Shown here: one piece after another, positions 60,516 to 64,000 of the stretch
Layout of the letters: each line of letters begins with the position of its first letter
How positions within the stretch are numbered: position 1 is the stretch's first letter
Origin: an uncultured Actinomycetes bacterium
GTDB lineage: Bacteria > Actinomycetota > Thermoleophilia > RBG-16-64-13
NCBI GenBank assembly: GCA_903873715.1
Contig: CAIQPS010000142.1
Location: forward strand, 1,693 to 65,692
Reading direction: 5' to 3'
DNA: 64,000 bases
Notes under the pieces: generated by a model
What the model was told of the DNA's origin: nothing
What the model saw: the letters and a program-made list of their open reading frames with translations, nothing else
The model's database searches: none
Made by a program: the position numbers and the translations under genes

Positions 60516-60524
60516 ACTATACCA
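60516..60524 (-). promoter_or_regulatory. Extended -10 (TGG-TATAGT) for the NlpC/P60 gene
   Basis: TGn-TATAGT overlaps the ORF-track GTG, so that GTG cannot be the start from this promoter. Confidence 0.65.
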
Positions 60525-60567
60525 TCGCCCCTGCGAGGCGGCCAACCGGCCCACCGGCCGCGCGGCG

Positions 60568-61635
60568 CTAGAGACGGGCCAGATACGCCTCGATGCCGTG
60601 CATGATGGCCTCGGCCTCGCGGACCACGACCTTCGGGTCGGCCAACTCGTCGGCCTCTTCGGGGCAGCTCAGGAACCCGGGCTCCACCATGACGGCCAGA
60701 GGCTTGATCTCCCGCAGGCAGGCATAATTGCGACCGTGGGTATGGAGGTCCACCCGCCCCAACTCCGTGCTGATGGCGTCCACGATATAGCCGGCCAGAC
60801 GTTTACCGGCCTTGGACATGTAACCCGAGTTGGCGAAGTAATAGGAAGCCGCGCCCCGGGCCTTCGGTGACGAGGCATAGGCGTGATGCAGACAGATGTG
60901 GATGTGCGGCTCCCACGCGTTGGCCGCCTCCATGCGCTCGTAGAGCGGCATGCTGGTGTCGGTCTCGCGCACGAGGTTCACCTCGGCCCCGGCCTCCGCG
61001 AGCAACACCGCCAACTGTTTGGCGAGCGCCAAGTTGGCGTCCTTCTCCGTGGTGCCGTTGGCGGCCTGATAGCCGCGCTCCCGGCCGCCGTGAGCGGCGT
61101 CGATGCCCACCTTGAGGCCCGAGAAGGAATCCAGCCCCACATAGCCGTCCATGCGGTCGGGGATGTTGACCGACGGGAGAGGGTCCCCGGCCTTCTGCAG
61201 CCGGCGCAGCCTGTCGAGAGTGGTCTCTCCCACGATGCCGTCCACCGTAAGGCCCGCGTTGCGCTGGAACTCCGTGACGGCCACTTCGAGCAGAGGCGAG
61301 AATATGCCGTCCACCGGACCGCAGTCGAAACCGAGCTCGTCGAGGCGGCGCTGCAGATAGAGGACGTCGTCCCCCCGCATGTAGGGCACCCGCAGGTAGA
61401 GCAGCCGGTCGCCGGGCTCGTACCCCGCCTCCACGAGTTCGGTCCAGGTGTTGTCTTCGACGATGCCGTCGGCGAAGAGCAGGCGGCGCTGCTGGAAGGC
61501 CCGGATGGCGCTCTCAGTGTGTGGGCCGAAGAAACCGTCGGCCCCCTCTTTGCCCAGGAAGAACCCCAGGGCGGCGAGGCGGGTCTGGATATCGACCACC
61601 TGTTTGCCTGAATTGCCTCTACCGACAGGACGCAA
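60568..61635 (-). CDS. CwlM-like protein: two peptidoglycan-binding domains plus Amidase_3
   Basis: DGFFGPHT…FQ, RLLYLRVPYMRGDDV…LQ, DGIVG, DAAHGG, EKDANL, LHH, VEPGF; no signal peptide. Confidence 0.88.
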   Translation of the reverse strand: MRPVGRGNSGKQVVDIQTRLAALGFFLGKEGADGFFGPHTESAIRAFQQRRLLFADGIVEDNTWTELVEAGYEPGDRLLYLRVPYMRGDDVLYLQRRLDELGFDCGPVDGIFSPLLEVAVTEFQRNAGLTVDGIVGETTLDRLRRLQKAGDPLPSVNIPDRMDGYVGLDSFSGLKVGIDAAHGGRERGYQAANGTTEKDANLALAKQLAVLLAEAGAEVNLVRETDTSMPLYERMEAANAWEPHIHICLHHAYASSPKARGAASYYFANSGYMSKAGKRLAGYIVDAISTELGRVDLHTHGRNYACLREIKPLAVMVEPGFLSCPEEADELADPKVVVREAEAIMHGIEAYLARL

Positions 61636-61719
61636 TCGATCGCGCCTTTCCGAGCGTTTTGACCGGGACCCATGCCGGCCCCCGCGACGATGAGCGCCTC
61701 CTGCTTGGGAGGCTTGGCT

Positions 61720-61727
61720 ATTATACT
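61720..61727. promoter_or_regulatory. Overlapping bidirectional -10 elements (TATAAT minus, TATACT plus)
   Basis: ATTATACT; the plus-strand -10 lies 7 nt before ATG 61735. Confidence 0.65.
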
Positions 61728-61734
61728 CATCAGC

Positions 61735-62973
61735 ATGACCGGAGCGGACACATCGAGGGGCGCGGGAAGCACCAGGCGGCGACTCGGCATCGCCGCAGTA
61801 GCCCTATGGGTTGTCGCCCTCGTGCTGGCCGGAGTCTACTTCTCGCAGCGCTCCCAGACCGGAGCCGCGGCTCAGGCGACCAGCACCAGCCTGGCGGCGG
61901 TCTCCACCACGGTCACCACCCTTCCTCCCACCACAGAGCCACCCACCACAGAGGCACCGACCACGACCACTACCGAGGCTCCCACCACCACGACCACCGA
62001 GGAACCGTCGTTGACGATCGCCGCCGGAGGCGACGTCCAGGGCGACAGGATGGTGGGCAAGTACATCGACGCGCACGGTGGGGACTCGGCGCTCGGCAAG
62101 GTCGCCTCGTACCTCCAGAGCGCCGACCTGGCCCTGCTCAACCTGGAAGGTCCGATCTCGGACAAGGGAACGAAGCTTTCCTGGAAGGAATACACCTTCC
62201 GCAGCCGCCTTGCGCTGGCCCAAGGTCTGGCGAATGCCGGCGTCGACGTGGTCAGCCTGGCCAACAACCATGCCATGGACTGCGGTTCGGCCGCGCTGCT
62301 CGACACCATCCAGCGGCTGGACGCCGTCGGGGTGAAGCATGCGGGCGGTGGCGAGGACATCACCGCGGCCCGCGCGCCCGCCATCGTGGAGACGCCGGCC
62401 GGCAAGGTGGCCGTCCTCGGCTTCACGGACAAGGCCGCCAGCGGCTTCGCGGCCGGCGCCGAGCATCCCGGGTCGGCCATGATCGGAGACGGCTCCAAGG
62501 TGGTCGAGGCCATCCAGGCGGCCAAGCAGAAGGCCGATTTCGTCATCGTCATCTTCCACTGGGGCACCGAGTACACCTTCAACGCCGCGGGCTACCAGCG
62601 CTCTCTCGCGCACCGTTGCGTGGACGCCGGGGCCGACCTCATCATCGGCAGCCACCCGCACGTGATCCAGGGCATCGAGCTCTACAAGGACAAGCTCATC
62701 GCCTACAGCATGGGCGACTTCGTCTTCGACCACCGGCCGGGGCCCACCGGACAGACCTTCATCCTGAGGGTCACGCTCAAGCCCGGACAGCCCCCGGTGG
62801 CGCGGATCATCCCGCTGTACCTCGACAACACCTACGGCATCCCGGCGGTGGTCACCGGCGATACCGCCGACACCATCCTGAACAGGCTGATCAGCCTGAG
62901 CAAAGGCTTCGGGACGACCATCACCCGGTCGGGCGACCAGGCCTGGATAGGGCAGACGGAGCCCGCCGAGTAG
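61735..62973 (+). CDS. CapA (PGA_cap) family metallophosphatase-fold, membrane-anchored protein
   Basis: TM helix, Thr-rich linker, GGD, NLE, LANNHAMD, HWGTEY, GSHPH, YSMGDF. Confidence 0.9.
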   Translation: MTGADTSRGAGSTRRRLGIAAVALWVVALVLAGVYFSQRSQTGAAAQATSTSLAAVSTTVTTLPPTTEPPTTEAPTTTTTEAPTTTTTEEPSLTIAAGGDVQGDRMVGKYIDAHGGDSALGKVASYLQSADLALLNLEGPISDKGTKLSWKEYTFRSRLALAQGLANAGVDVVSLANNHAMDCGSAALLDTIQRLDAVGVKHAGGGEDITAARAPAIVETPAGKVAVLGFTDKAASGFAAGAEHPGSAMIGDGSKVVEAIQAAKQKADFVIVIFHWGTEYTFNAAGYQRSLAHRCVDAGADLIIGSHPHVIQGIELYKDKLIAYSMGDFVFDHRPGPTGQTFILRVTLKPGQPPVARIIPLYLDNTYGIPAVVTGDTADTILNRLISLSKGFGTTITRSGDQAWIGQTEPAE

Positions 62974-63009
62974 TCCGACGGTCCACGGACGGCCCGAGCG
63001 CCGCCCACT

Positions 63010-64000
63010 TCAGCAGCCCAGGTCGCGCCCCTTCTTCTGAAGGTACTGGCTGTAGTCCGCCATCTTGCGCAAGATACGCACCGCTCGCAGCGGGGACGGC
63101 AGCACGAACGTCGAGTACCTCCCGCCTGCAGAGAAGACCGCCTGCGTCATGGGCTTGAACGACACGCTCACGATGGGCTTGCAGTAGCGGTCCATCAGCG
63201 ACGCCATCTGGTCGATGAACTGGTGCTCGCGGTCGCTCAGTTCCGGTTCGGCCTCCTCCGGCGAGGCGCATCCCTCGCTCCCGGGCGCTATCCCGGCCTC
63301 GGTGCAACGCTTGATCCGCTCGATCTCCTCGTGGGCCCGGCGGCTCTCGGCCATCGTCCCGATGATCCCCATCACCAGCACCGCATCCACTGCGTCGCTG
63401 GCCGCCAGCATCTCAACGATGGACTCGGGCACGCCCGGGGTGAGCGTGGCCACCAGGTCCACGGGGTTTGAGCGGCTCCAATACGGCGGCAGCAGCCCGT
63501 CCAGCTTGGATATGACGTCAGGCGGGAGCGTCGCCAACTCCAGGCCTGAACGGGCGATCTCGTCGGACACCACCACGCCCCAGCCGCCGCCCATCGTCGC
63601 GACCGCCACCCGCTTGCCCGGCGGGAGCGGCATGTACGAGAGGGCGAACGCCAGGTCCATGAACTCGTCGGGATCCGTGGTGACGATCATCCCGGACTGG
63701 CGGGCGGCTGCCATGAACACCGCGCTCGACGAGGTCAGTGCCCCGGTGTGCGACGCCGCCGCTTTGGCGCCGTAGTCCGTCATCCCGCCGCGCAGCACCA
63801 CCACCGGCTTCTCCATGGTCGTCTCACGGACCACATCGAGGAGGCGCCGCCCGTCGTCGTATCCCTCCATGTACGCAACGATCGTGGACGTCAGCGGGTC
63901 GGTGCGCAGGTAGTTGATGAAATCGACCGCGTCGAGCATGGCTTCGTTGCCCACGCCGATGAACTTGCCAACACCTCCGTGGCGCCGCTCGGCGGCCACC
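63010..64000 (-). CDS. NDP-forming acyl-CoA synthetase alpha-type subunit (5' end outside the window)
   Basis: GVGNEA, YMEG, AAASHTGAL (phospho-His), GGGWGV, NPVDL. Confidence 0.85.
   Translation of the reverse strand, partial: VAAERRHGGVGKFIGVGNEAMLDAVDFINYLRTDPLTSTIVAYMEGYDDGRRLLDVVRETTMEKPVVVLRGGMTDYGAKAAASHTGALTSSSAVFMAAARQSGMIVTTDPDEFMDLAFALSYMPLPPGKRVAVATMGGGWGVVVSDEIARSGLELATLPPDVISKLDGLLPPYWSRSNPVDLVATLTPGVPESIVEMLAASDAVDAVLVMGIIGTMAESRRAHEEIERIKRCTEAGIAPGSEGCASPEEAEPELSDREHQFIDQMASLMDRYCKPIVSVSFKPMTQAVFSAGGRYSTFVLPSPLRAVRILRKMADYSQYLQKKGRDLGC

Noticed and set aside
60446..60567. c-di-AMP (ydaO) riboswitch ahead of the NlpC/P60 gene
   Set aside because: The predicted leader is only about 65 nt and lacks the conserved GCUGAA, GGAACC and CAGCUAAC elements

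Overview
GC-rich chromosomal window, inferred to come from a deep-branching Actinomycetota (Thermoleophilia-like) genome. The inference rests on a PafB-PafC fusion, a CwlM-like amidase, mreBCD and many leaderless-type promoters. Positions 1-40 kb are a minus-strand housekeeping block, in transcription order: tig-clpP-clpX-lon-valS-folC, a small ORF, a zinc-ribbon protein, ndk-maf-mreBCD-pbp2-rodA, a DUF697-like protein, a fused radical SAM protein, rng-rplU-rpmA-obgE-proBA-nadD, an LCP-like protein, cysE-pcrA and the start of the dcw cluster (mraZ-rsmH-ftsL-ftsI-murE-murF-mraY). Positions 40-48 kb hold six tRNAs, an orphan gene with its own promoter and operator, an epimerase, an Arg/Asp-repeat protein, pfkB-mtnP, DUF1844 and an ECF sigma/anti-sigma pair. 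Positions 48-57 kb hold the most notable unit: an addB-addA helicase-nuclease operon divergent from a fused PafBC (double-WYL) regulator and a 4-TM holin-family gene. The addB promoter carries a PafBC-type TGTCCG-N10-TACAAT element. Positions 57-64 kb hold a PilT/PilU ATPase with a WhiG/sigma28-like promoter, a deacetylase, cell-wall hydrolases, a CapA-family protein and a truncated acyl-CoA synthetase. mreB and the NlpC/P60 gene appear to start at non-canonical ATA/ATC codons. No CRISPR array, integrase or transposase was seen. All calls come from reading motifs by eye; no database search was run.
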